From a bacterium (GTDB lineage Bacteria; Bacillota_I; Bacilli_A; RFN20; CAG-826): a DNA stretch of 64,000 bases. A program made the position numbers and the translations under genes. The notes under the pieces were generated by a model. That model saw only the letters and a program-made list of their open reading frames with translations, made no database searches and was not told the DNA's origin. Position 1 is the stretch's first letter. The number at the start of each line of letters is the position of its first letter. The stretch lies in assembly GCA_963623195.1 (NCBI GenBank), contig CAVFKA010000010.1:398-64397 (forward strand). The letters are read 5' to 3'. Positions 46,518 through 54,269 of this stretch are shown in pieces.

Positions 46518-47348
46518 TTAGATGGCCACCGGGATTTTCTTTCCTAATTTTTCAAATTCGTAGTCTTCTAACTCAAAGGAATCTACAGTGAAGTCATAGA
46601 AGTTAGTGATGCTCTTATCAACGATTAGTTTTGGGGCTGGATGTTGAGGCTTTTCCATGACTTCCTTTACTAAATCAATATGGCGATCATAAAGATGGGC
46701 ATCTGAAATAACGTGTATAAGGGTGCCTGGTTTTAAACCTGAAACCTGAGCGAACATTATTAATAACAATGAATATTGCAAAACATTCCAGTTATTAGCT
46801 GTTAACATATCGTTTGATCTTTGATTGAGAATTCCATTTAATGTGTCGCCAGATACGTTAAATGTCATCGAATATGCGCAAGGATATAGATGCATCTCAT
46901 GAAGATCGTCAAAATTGTAGATGTTTGTCATGATCCTTCTTGATGCAGGATTATGCTTAAGGTCATATAAGACTCTATCAACTTGGTCAAATTCACCTTC
47001 TGGGTAGATGGATTTTCTTCCTAATTGATAGCCATAAGCCTTGCCAATTGATCCTGTTTCATCAGCCCAAGAATCCCAAATATGGGAATTTAAATCATGA
47101 ACATTGTTAGATTTCTTTTGCCAAATCCAAAGAAGTTCATCCAAGCAATTCTTGAATGCCGTTTTTCTTATCGTGAGAATTGGCAATTCTTCTTGAAGGT
47201 TATAACGATTAACTATACCGAATTTTTTGATTGTATGAGCAGGGGTGCCGTCTTCCCAATGTGGACGAACCTTTAAGTTGGTGTCCCAAACTCCCTCATT
47301 TAATATTTCTTTGCAATTTTCTATGAAAATCTGATCTGCACGTGACAT
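46518..47348 (-). CDS. thyA: Thymidylate synthase (ThyA)
   Basis: 276 aa. ..LDELLWIW...., ..AYGYQ.., LYPCAYSMTFNV, QRSNDM. Lies immediately upstream of folA. Confidence 0.88.
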   Translation of the reverse strand: MSRADQIFIENCKEILNEGVWDTNLKVRPHWEDGTPAHTIKKFGIVNRYNLQEELPILTIRKTAFKNCLDELLWIWQKKSNNVHDLNSHIWDSWADETGSIGKAYGYQLGRKSIYPEGEFDQVDRVLYDLKHNPASRRIMTNIYNFDDLHEMHLYPCAYSMTFNVSGDTLNGILNQRSNDMLTANNWNVLQYSLLLIMFAQVSGLKPGTLIHVISDAHLYDRHIDLVKEVMEKPQHPAPKLIVDKSITNFYDFTVDSFELEDYEFEKLGKKIPVAI

Positions 47349-47489
47349 AAATAATTCTCCGTTTTCTTATCTCTATAATGATACAAATTTTAAGATGAAA
47401 TTAGTAGTTCAAATAAAGATAATTATTTCTCGTTTAGGCTTGTACCTTGATTGGTTGTAATGAAATTGAGCGGGTGTTATAATTCGGAT

Positions 47490-47582
47490 AGTGGGCAGGA
47501 AGCCCGGGCCCCTTTGCGTCAGACTATCCAACCAACGCAAGAGCCAAAGCCGTTATAATCGCCATTATGACGGCTTTTCTAA
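47490..47582 (+). ncRNA. Candidate antisense small RNA (putative type I antitoxin)
   Basis: Plus-strand TTGTAA (47455-47460)-17 nt-TGtTATAAT (47475-47483). A GC-rich structured body follows (GGATAGT..ACTATCC; TTGCGT..ACGCAA). It ends in a 12-bp terminator hairpin AGCCGTTATAAT-CGCC-ATTATGACGGCT followed by TTTCT (47548-47582). Confidence 0.35.
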
Positions 47583-47595
47583 TGAATTTCTTCAT
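47524..47595 (-). CDS. 23-aa hydrophobic peptide (putative type I toxin or leader peptide)
   Basis: Not in the ORF track. The minus strand reads AAGGAGGTTAAGATA-ATG. Translation: MKKFIRKAVIMAIITALALALVG. It has its own TTGTGA-17-TATAAT promoter (47672-47700) downstream of the tRNA-Leu terminator. Confidence 0.4.
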   Translation of the reverse strand: MKKFIRKAVIMAIITALALALVG

Positions 47596-47724
47596 TATCT
47601 TAACCTCCTTAAGAGCGTTAAACTCAAGGGGTAAAGGCTTCCTGATGTCGATGTTAAACCGACATATTGTCATTATACATTAAGTGACTTATTGTCACAA
47701 TAAATCTTTAAGAGTTTTAGATAC

Positions 47725-47752
47725 AGAAAAAGGCTCAGTATTACCTGAGCCT
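47725..47752 (-). terminator. Terminator after mgtE / tRNA-Leu
   Basis: Minus strand: AAGGCTCAG-GTAATA-CTGAGCCTT followed by TTTT. Confidence 0.8.
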
Positions 47753-47763
47753 TAAATTTCTTC

Positions 47764-47847
47764 TGGTGCGGGAAATCGGACTCGAACCGACATGGGAATC
47801 CCATACGCCCCTCAAACGTACGCGTCTACCAGTTCCGCCATTCCCGC
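47764..47847 (-). tRNA. tRNA-Leu (anticodon GAG), long variable arm, CCA encoded
   Basis: The minus strand reads GCGGGAATGGCGGAACTGGTAGACGCGTACGTTTGAGGGGCGTATGGGATTCCCATGTCGGTTCGAGTCCGATTTCCCGCACCA. Anticodon loop TTGAGGG. Confidence 0.88.
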
Positions 47848-47899
47848 AGCGCCGATTATTATAAATAAAGACGTTTATATTAGCAAGAGAAATTTTTAT

Positions 47900-49483
47900 T
47901 TAAGCTAAACTTGGGAAGAATAGACATGCGATTCCGAAGTAGACAAGTAACGTTAATACGTCCATTACCGTGGTTAACATTGGCTGAGCAAGCAAGGCTG
48001 GATCTTTCTTTATGGCCGCTGCTCCCATACAGAGACTTGTTCCAACAACCTTAGAGAAGATGATGGCAAAGAACATCGTGATGGAGACTAAGGCAGAGAA
48101 TGTTAAGGAGTGAGCCGCGAACTGTGCCGCATGTTCTCCAGTGAAGGCAACCCCATTCCATACCATATACTCGGAGAAATCATATGCTTCTATTTCTCCA
48201 GGATAGCTAACCTTTCCTAAGGAGACAATGCCAGTATATTGTTCCATTGTGACCCAAATGAAGCAGAATAAAGCAACGAATGTGGCAACAATTAGAGCGC
48301 TTCGAAATTCTTTCCATATGATTTTAAGGACATCTTTAGGGCCAAATTCATTTGTGGCCAATCCTCTAATCATCATGCCCGTTGTCTGTCCTCCGGCGTT
48401 TCCGCCCGTATCCATAAGGGTAGGAACGAAGGAGACAAGTATTGGCAAAGAAACGAATATCGCTTGGGATTCAAGGCGGTTAAGAACCATTGTCGTGAAG
48501 GTTCCTAAAACCAATAAGGCGATGATCCAAGGGATACATTTTTTAGCATTTTCGAATACGCCAGTCTCGTTATAGGTCTTTTCTGATGGAACGAGGTTGG
48601 TCATGTGAGCGATATCTTCGTTACTTTCTTCTGTGATAACGTCCATAGCATCGTCAACTGTGACAATACCAAGCAAGCAATTGTCCTCATTTAAGACGGC
48701 CATTGCGTTAAGATCGTACTTTCTAAACATGTTAGCGACGTCCTCTTTATCTGTGTTGACGTGACAGAATGGGGCGTCCTTGTTCATGATATCGGATAAT
48801 AATTCATCATCTTTTGACCAAATAAGGTCATCGAGGTCGACAGTTCCAACGAATCTGCGTCTTTCGTTTTTAACAAAGATGGTATAGACGGTTTCAGCCT
48901 CACGTCCTCTTTTGCGGATGTGATCGATGGCTTTTTTGACGCTCATGCCTTCTTTTAGCTCGATGAACTCAGTGGTCATGATTGCGCCAGCCGAATCCTC
49001 TTTATATTTAAGGAGCTGATTGATGTCCTTTCTCATTTCTGGATCAGCGGCTGCAAGAACCTTTTTAGCAAGGTTTGCAGGCATGTCTCCAACCGAGTCG
49101 GCTAAGTCGTCTGCGTATTGGGAATTAACAAGCTCGACAAGTTCCTTGTTTGTCATCGCTTGAACGAGCGATTCTTTCAAATCTTGTGATAATTCATCAA
49201 AAAGCGAGGCGTTTTGATCGGATTTCGTATCTCTAAAAAGAGTGATGACATCCTTGATATCAAGTTCCTCGCAGGCCTTAGCAATATCCGCATCAGGAAT
49301 CCTATCAAATATTTCTTTTAGTTCTTTTCTATTGTGCTTAGAAATTGCGGCTAAGAGGATTTCAGAGTCGAAAGATGCGTCAGTGATATCTTCAGAAGTA
49401 AGCTCATCTATAGGAACATCGATATTCTCAATGTCATCTTGATGAATCGTTTCTTCTTCGTTTTTGTTTTCTTTTTCTTCCAT
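47900..49483 (-). CDS. mgtE: Magnesium transporter MgtE
   Basis: Acidic N-terminal extension, MgtE_N, tandem CBS domains, and a C-terminal 5-TM channel with ..PTLMDTGGNAGGQ.. 527 aa. Confidence 0.9.
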   Translation of the reverse strand: MEEKENKNEEETIHQDDIENIDVPIDELTSEDITDASFDSEILLAAISKHNRKELKEIFDRIPDADIAKACEELDIKDVITLFRDTKSDQNASLFDELSQDLKESLVQAMTNKELVELVNSQYADDLADSVGDMPANLAKKVLAAADPEMRKDINQLLKYKEDSAGAIMTTEFIELKEGMSVKKAIDHIRKRGREAETVYTIFVKNERRRFVGTVDLDDLIWSKDDELLSDIMNKDAPFCHVNTDKEDVANMFRKYDLNAMAVLNEDNCLLGIVTVDDAMDVITEESNEDIAHMTNLVPSEKTYNETGVFENAKKCIPWIIALLVLGTFTTMVLNRLESQAIFVSLPILVSFVPTLMDTGGNAGGQTTGMMIRGLATNEFGPKDVLKIIWKEFRSALIVATFVALFCFIWVTMEQYTGIVSLGKVSYPGEIEAYDFSEYMVWNGVAFTGEHAAQFAAHSLTFSALVSITMFFAIIFSKVVGTSLCMGAAAIKKDPALLAQPMLTTVMDVLTLLVYFGIACLFFPSLA

Positions 49484-49619
49484 GTTTTATCCTCCTATAG
49501 TGCCTAGTGTAGTCATTTTGATGAAATTTGAAAACAAAAAACGTTTAAATTTTTAAAATTTAAGGACACTAACTAGCAATAGAGTTTTATAATACTTGAC
49601 GTAATTTAAGGAGTTAAAA

Positions 49620-50219
49620 ATGTCTGAATTAAAATTTATTGTTGAAACAAGTGCTCGTCACGTCCACTTAACACAAGAAACTGTCGAGGTTTTATTTGGC
49701 AAAGGTCACGAATTGACCCCAAGAAAATATCTCTCTCAACCTGGTCAATACGCTTCAACTGACAAAGTCACAGTTATCGGCTATAACAAAAAGGATCCTG
49801 CCGGCCCACGTCCAAGCGCCGCTTTCTCAATCCTTGGCCCAGTAAGAAAAGATAACCAAGTCGAAGTCTCTTTCACTGATGCAAGAACTCTTGGCTTAAG
49901 CGCTCCAGTTCGTGAATCTGGCGATATTGCCGGTTCAGGAAAATGCACCATCAAAGGACCATGTGGCGAAGTCGATCTCGAAGAAGGGGTCATAGTTGCA
50001 AAACGCCATATCCATATGACACCAGAAGACGCAAAGAATTTTGGTGTTGAAAATGGTCAAATCGTTTCTGTCAAAGTTGCAGGAACTGGCCGTGAAACAG
50101 TCTTTGGAGATGTTGTCATCCGTGTTTCCCCAAGCTATGCCTTAGCAATGCACATTGATACAGATGAATGCAATGCCGCGGCTGCATTTGGTGAAATCTG
50201 GGGAACAATCGTTAAATAA
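49620..50219 (+). CDS. pduL: Phosphate propanoyl/acetyl-transferase PduL
   Basis: Duplicated PduL motifs: ETSARHVHLT.. and ..AKRHIHMTPEDA.., plus ..MHIDTDECNAA. Confidence 0.88.
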   Translation: MSELKFIVETSARHVHLTQETVEVLFGKGHELTPRKYLSQPGQYASTDKVTVIGYNKKDPAGPRPSAAFSILGPVRKDNQVEVSFTDARTLGLSAPVRESGDIAGSGKCTIKGPCGEVDLEEGVIVAKRHIHMTPEDAKNFGVENGQIVSVKVAGTGRETVFGDVVIRVSPSYALAMHIDTDECNAAAAFGEIWGTIVK

Positions 50220-50221
50220 AG

Positions 50222-50497
50222 ATGGCCGAGAATTTTTCCTACAAACCACAAAACGTTTGTTCTCAAGGCCTTGAATTCGTAATCGAAGGGGACACGATTG
50301 TCTCAGTTAAAGTTATGCGCGGTTGCGCTGGTAACACCCAAGGTGTCTCTAGACTTTGCGCAGGAAGAAAAGTAGATGACGTCATCTCTCTTCTTAAGGG
50401 CATCAAATGCCCTGGCTCCAAAGGCAATTGCACCTCATGCCCAGATCAAATCGCCATAGCCCTCGAAGAATATAAGAGAACTCATCAAAATGGCTAA
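50222..50497 (+). CDS. TSCPD-domain small Cys-rich protein (TIGR03905-like)
   Basis: ..VKVMRGCAGNTQGVSRLCAGRKVDDVISLLKGIKCPGSKGNCTSCPDQIA.. matches my recollection of this family. Confidence 0.7.
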   Translation: MAENFSYKPQNVCSQGLEFVIEGDTIVSVKVMRGCAGNTQGVSRLCAGRKVDDVISLLKGIKCPGSKGNCTSCPDQIAIALEEYKRTHQNG

Positions 50498-51002
50498 GAT
50501 ACTGATATTGAATGGCTCGCCGCATCTAGAAGGATACGTTTCTTCAATGATCGAAACCTTCAAAAGCGGTCTAAATAAAAACGATAACGAAATCATTCAA
50601 TATAACCTTGCCTTCATGAACATTCATGATTCAATAGGCGAAAACTATCCGATTCATGATGATATGGAGAAGATATCCAATTCGTTATTTGAAACGGATT
50701 ACGTCATCTTTGCCTCGCCTTTGTATTATTTCTCTTTCTCCGCTTATCTTAAATGCGTCATCGATCGTTTCCAGACTTTGGAAAATATAGGTGGCAAGAA
50801 ACTTCTTTGTTTCATTAGCATGGGTTCAAATGATGAAACCATCATCTCTCCTCTTAGAGAGCAAACAAAACTCATTGCAAACCATCTAAAATGGGATTTA
50901 AAAGAATTCTTATATATAAAAGGTTGCAAGAAACCGACAAATATAGAAGAACATATTGGAGAACTTGAAAGATTTTACCAAGTGGGTCTCAAAATCAAAT
51001 AA
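50490..51002 (+). CDS. Flavodoxin-like NAD(P)H-dependent FMN reductase family protein
   Basis: MAKILILNGSPHLEGY.., ..IFASPLYYFSFSA. Confidence 0.7.
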   Translation: MAKILILNGSPHLEGYVSSMIETFKSGLNKNDNEIIQYNLAFMNIHDSIGENYPIHDDMEKISNSLFETDYVIFASPLYYFSFSAYLKCVIDRFQTLENIGGKKLLCFISMGSNDETIISPLREQTKLIANHLKWDLKEFLYIKGCKKPTNIEEHIGELERFYQVGLKIK

Positions 51003-51008
51003 GTAATA

Positions 51009-51037
51009 ATCCAACTTAGAAATAGGTTGGATTTTTT
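51009..51037 (+). terminator. Rho-independent terminator
   Basis: ATCCAAC-N10-GTTGGAT followed by TTTTT. Confidence 0.75.
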
Positions 51038-51106
51038 ATGTGCTTGATATTTAATTTAAATAAAACATTATAAGGTTTATCCTGATATTTTGATGGGACG
51101 ACAATT

Positions 51107-51303
51107 ATGGAATCGAAAATGGGGGATTTAGTGAAAACTTTGATTGAAAAACAACTCATTGGGCTGATGACAAAGACGTATTAATTAAAGCTGGAGCCAT
51201 TGGATGTGTTTGTGAAATATACGATACCGAACATGGAGATGTCTATGATTTGAAATTTGATGATAAAGAAGCAAGCGAATGGTGTCTTTGTGAATATGCT
51301 TAG
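51107..51303 (+). pseudogene. Frameshifted paralog of the DUF4926-like gene at 52541-52765
   Basis: The N-terminal frame gives M..MGDLVKTLIEKQ.. and stops after ~25 codons. A second frame continues HWADDKDVLIKAGAIGCVCEIYDTEHGDVYDLKFDDKEASEWCLCEYA*. Together these parallel LGDLAKTVIEKT....IKVGSIGRVCEIFETDNGNVYLLEFDEEQTRAFCLCEYL. Confidence 0.6.
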
Positions 51304-51347
51304 GATGAATTCGTTAGATACCACAGCGAATCTATATCGAAATAAAT

Positions 51348-51810
51348 TTATTCTTCGGATGATGTTTGCTTTTCCATTCCTTTGCTCATCTTTTTGATGC
51401 CTCTTAATAAAGCTTGTGCATATTCTAGGCAAGAGGTTTCTTTAATATGATCGTTGAAATAACTTATCATATTAATATTATCTAAAAGCTTTTTATCGTT
51501 GATTTTTAATCCTTCTCCATCAAAAGTTACTTTATTCGAATGCAGCAGAGACCATATGGACATTAAGACATCACTATTAGGCACTATGACATTGACTTCT
51601 TCAGAACCATAAACTATGTGATCAATTGTGCATCCATACAAGCGGCACAAATCTTCAAGAACATCAATTTTTGGGGCGGTCACCCCATGCTCATATTTGA
51701 GTATTGATTGCTGAGTTAATTTGAATATGTTTCTTTCGCTGACTTGATTTAAGGTCAGATTGCTTTTTTTCTCTAGCGTTTTTTAATCTAATGTTCCATC
51801 CATCTTTCAT
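51348..51810 (-). pseudogene. XRE-family HTH regulator interrupted by a frameshift in an A7 run
   Basis: The ATG at 51810 gives MKDGWNIRLKNAREKK.. and then leaves frame at the homopolymer 51764-51770. The other frame continues ..SNLTLNQVSERNIFKLTQQSILKYEHGVTAPKIDVLEDLCRLYGCTIDHIV.., a typical HTH_3 domain. Confidence 0.7.
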
Positions 51811-52019
51811 GCATTTTTTCCTTTTGCTTTTTTCTTCATTATACATAGGTTTTTATTTTATGAACCATCATTAAAAGATAATTATGTACTGATATGAATT
51901 TTGCCGATTTAGCACGTCAATCCTTTTTTGCCTATTAAACAAAAGTTTAACAACTATCATGCAATGGAACTGCCATCGGTAGTACGCTACATTTTCTCTG
52001 TCGAAACGATGAAAGTCTG

Positions 52020-52544
52020 ATGAAGGTTAAAAAAGGTGCGGGCAATCGCCTCCAAGCGTTTGGTGAGAGGAATGGCAGATACGTTAAGGAGGCAGGCCAT
52101 GTCAGGGAGAACTCCATTTTGCTGCTCTCCTTGTTAAGCGAATTGGGGGCCGACGACGAGACGTTGATAAAGGTCTTTCCCAAATACGGCGTATCGGATG
52201 AGGAGTATTGTAAGCTATTTGTGAGAATGTGCAGGGATAGAATAAAACAATACATCGTCCCCGAAGGAAAGATTAAATACTTGCTAACCAAACAAGAACA
52301 GGATGATAAAAGCATATTTCTTAATAGAATTGGCTATAATATAGACGATAAGGGGCTGCTATTGGGTGATATCGTGAGGTTTACCGATTTTAAAACGTTG
52401 AACTTTAGCAGAATTTCAATTTACTCACTAAATTGTAAGGCTACGACAATTCTTGCTGGGCATTATGTAACCACCTACTGGAAGCTGACATTAGAATTAA
52501 ATTTAAGTCTTATAACATTAATACCTAAAGGAGAGAAAAAATGA
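52020..52544 (+). CDS. Hypothetical protein with DUF6883-like C-terminal half (real start may be ATG 52227)
   Basis: ..VPEGKIKYLLTKQEQDDKSIFLNRIGYNIDDKGLLLGDIV.....YVTTYWKL......LITLIP fits my recollection of the DUF6883 pattern (KI.dYLL...K..fF...Gy). There is no RBS at 52020. The 5' third is unusually GC-rich. Confidence 0.45.
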   Translation: MKVKKGAGNRLQAFGERNGRYVKEAGHVRENSILLLSLLSELGADDETLIKVFPKYGVSDEEYCKLFVRMCRDRIKQYIVPEGKIKYLLTKQEQDDKSIFLNRIGYNIDDKGLLLGDIVRFTDFKTLNFSRISIYSLNCKATTILAGHYVTTYWKLTLELNLSLITLIPKGEKK

Positions 52545-52765
52545 AATTAGAACTTGGAGATTTAGCAAAAACTGTTATTGAGAAGACGACTTACATGGCC
52601 GGTGATGGAGAAATCGAAATCAAAGTCGGATCAATCGGTCGCGTTTGCGAAATATTTGAAACAGACAATGGAAATGTTTATCTCTTGGAATTTGATGAAG
52701 AGCAAACTAGAGCGTTTTGTCTTTGTGAGTACTTGGAGGATGAGCTTACTCAATACAAAGATTAG
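52541..52765 (+). CDS. DUF4926-like small protein
   Basis: LGDLAKTV.....IKVGSIGRVCEIFETDNGNVYLLEFDEEQ fits the DUF4926 pattern (..G..G.IV.......Y.VEF.d..G). ATGA overlap with the upstream ORF. GGAGAG RBS. Confidence 0.55.
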   Translation: MKLELGDLAKTVIEKTTYMAGDGEIEIKVGSIGRVCEIFETDNGNVYLLEFDEEQTRAFCLCEYLEDELTQYKD

Positions 52766-52797
52766 ATCCATTCTTATTACTAAAAGTTTTTTTGCTT

Positions 52798-52825
52798 GCA
52801 CTTACAATTTTGTGAGTGCTTTTTT
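52798..52825 (+). terminator. Rho-independent terminator
   Basis: 9-bp stem GCACTTACA-ATTT-TGTGAGTGC followed by T6. Confidence 0.8.
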
Positions 52826-52826
52826 C

Positions 52827-52855
52827 TTGAAAGAAGAATAAGAAAACAATAGAAT
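52827..52855 (+). promoter_or_regulatory. Promoter of the metK leader
   Basis: TTGAAA-17 nt-TAGAAT. Confidence 0.55.
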
Positions 52856-52861
52856 ATACCC

Positions 52862-53021
52862 ACGGCGAAAGTCGGATATCCCGAAACGGTTAAGAAGAAC
52901 TGAAAAAAACCGTTAGCAACTCCATCTAAATCGATGGTAAGTGCTCGTTCTTAGAGGGCCCACACACCCTAACGATATTCGAAGAATGTAAGGAAAACCT
53001 TCTACTAGTGTGGAAGTTTTT
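52862..53021 (+). promoter_or_regulatory. Structured metK 5' leader ending in an intrinsic terminator (riboswitch/attenuator candidate, class not assigned)
   Basis: GNRA hairpin CGGC-GAAA-GTCG; AACGGTT..AACCGTT; CCATC..GATGG; CGTT..AGGG-CCCACACA-CCCT-AACG. The terminator is CTTCTAC-TAGT-GTGGAAG followed by T5 at 52999-53021. Competing GAAG/CTTC and AAGG/CCTT pairings are possible. Confidence 0.55.
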
Positions 53022-53043
53022 CGCTCTGTAAAAAGGAGTATAT

Positions 53044-54210
53044 ATGGAAAAAGTTTTATTTACGTCCGAATCGGTTTCCGAAGGACATCCAGACAAAGTC
53101 TGCGATAAGATTGCCGATTCAATTCTAGATGCTTGCTTGGCTCTAGATCCTCATGCACACGTTGCTTGCGAAGTCTTCGCTACAACAGAATTCATCGTCA
53201 TCGGTGGAGAAATCACTGTTGCTGGCCACCCAGATTATGAAGGAATTGCTAGAAATGTTCTTAGAGAAATCGGCTATAAGTCTCCAGAAGACGGCATTGG
53301 CTGCGATTCTTGCGAGATTTTAGTGAAAGTCAAAGAACAATCACCAGACATTAATATGGGCATCGAAAGAGCCAATGAGCTTGACATGGGTGCAGGCGAT
53401 CAAGGCATTATGTTTGGCTATGCGTCAAGGGAAACTTCTAATTACATGCCATTCCCTGTTTCTATCGCTCATAAGCTTGTTAGAAAGGCCACCGCTTTAA
53501 GAAAAGAAGGCAAATTCTTACATGCACGTCCAGATATGAAATCCCAAGTAACGATTGATTACACCGACGAGAAGAATCCTCGTATCGACACGATCCTTAT
53601 GTCTTGTCAACATGATGAAAGTGTTAATCTTGATGAATTCAAGAAATACATCCACGATGAAATCATGGTTCCAGTCGTAGAATCATTCGGTTTAAATACA
53701 GATTTCAAATGTTTAATCAATCCAACTGGCCGTTTCTCAATAGGCGGTCCAGCAGGCGATACAGGCCTAACTGGTAGAAAGTTAATCGTTGATACTTATG
53801 GCGGCTCAGCTAGACATGGCGGAGGAGCTTTCTCAGGCAAAGATCCATCTAAGGTTGATAGATCCGCTTCATATTATGCGAGATACATCGCTAAGAACTT
53901 AGTTGCAGCTGGTGCAGCAGAAAGATTGGAAGTCCAACTCTCATATGCTATTGGCGTTGCAGAACCTCTCTCAATTAATGTTTCAACATTTGGCACAGAA
54001 CATTATTCAACGGAAATCATCCTTGAAGCAGTAAGAAAATTCTTCGATGCTAGACCTGGCGCAATCATTGAGAAATTCTCCTTAAGAAAACCATCATTCA
54101 AATATGCTGACACAACTAACTATGGAGCGTTTGGAAGAAAGGACATCGATCTTCCATGGGAAGCCTTAGACAAAGTTGAAGCCCTTAAGAATTTCTTCGA
54201 AACAAAATAG
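53044..54210 (+). CDS. metK: S-adenosylmethionine synthase
   Basis: FTSESVSEGHPDK, GAGDQGIMFGYA, GGGAFSGKD. 388 aa. Confidence 0.97.
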   Translation: MEKVLFTSESVSEGHPDKVCDKIADSILDACLALDPHAHVACEVFATTEFIVIGGEITVAGHPDYEGIARNVLREIGYKSPEDGIGCDSCEILVKVKEQSPDINMGIERANELDMGAGDQGIMFGYASRETSNYMPFPVSIAHKLVRKATALRKEGKFLHARPDMKSQVTIDYTDEKNPRIDTILMSCQHDESVNLDEFKKYIHDEIMVPVVESFGLNTDFKCLINPTGRFSIGGPAGDTGLTGRKLIVDTYGGSARHGGGAFSGKDPSKVDRSASYYARYIAKNLVAAGAAERLEVQLSYAIGVAEPLSINVSTFGTEHYSTEIILEAVRKFFDARPGAIIEKFSLRKPSFKYADTTNYGAFGRKDIDLPWEALDKVEALKNFFETK

Positions 54211-54235
54211 TCTAAAACCCCTAAGTTAATGATTA

Positions 54236-54269
54236 ATCCCCCACTTTGAAATAATAAGCGGGGGTTTTT
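54236..54269 (+). terminator. Terminator after metK
   Basis: CCCCC..GGGGG stem (long loop) followed by TTTTT. Confidence 0.55.

Noticed and set aside
49484-49619. Looked for an M-box (Mg2+) riboswitch upstream of mgtE.
   Set aside because: Only ~135 nt of very AT-rich spacer is shared with the divergent pduL gene. There are no GC-rich helices or M-box-like conserved segments.
51181-51432. ORFs 51181-51432 (-) and 51947-52315 (-) in the islet.
   Set aside because: They have no RBS. Their translations are low-complexity and antisense to better-supported remnants (the DUF4926-like pseudogene and the DUF6883-like ORF).
52862-53021. Tried to fit the metK leader to SAM-I, SAM-IV, S-MK and T-box consensus features.
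   Set aside because: None of the hallmark strings could be aligned by eye in the right order. It is therefore left as an unclassified leader (see the finding at 52827-53043) rather than called a SAM riboswitch.
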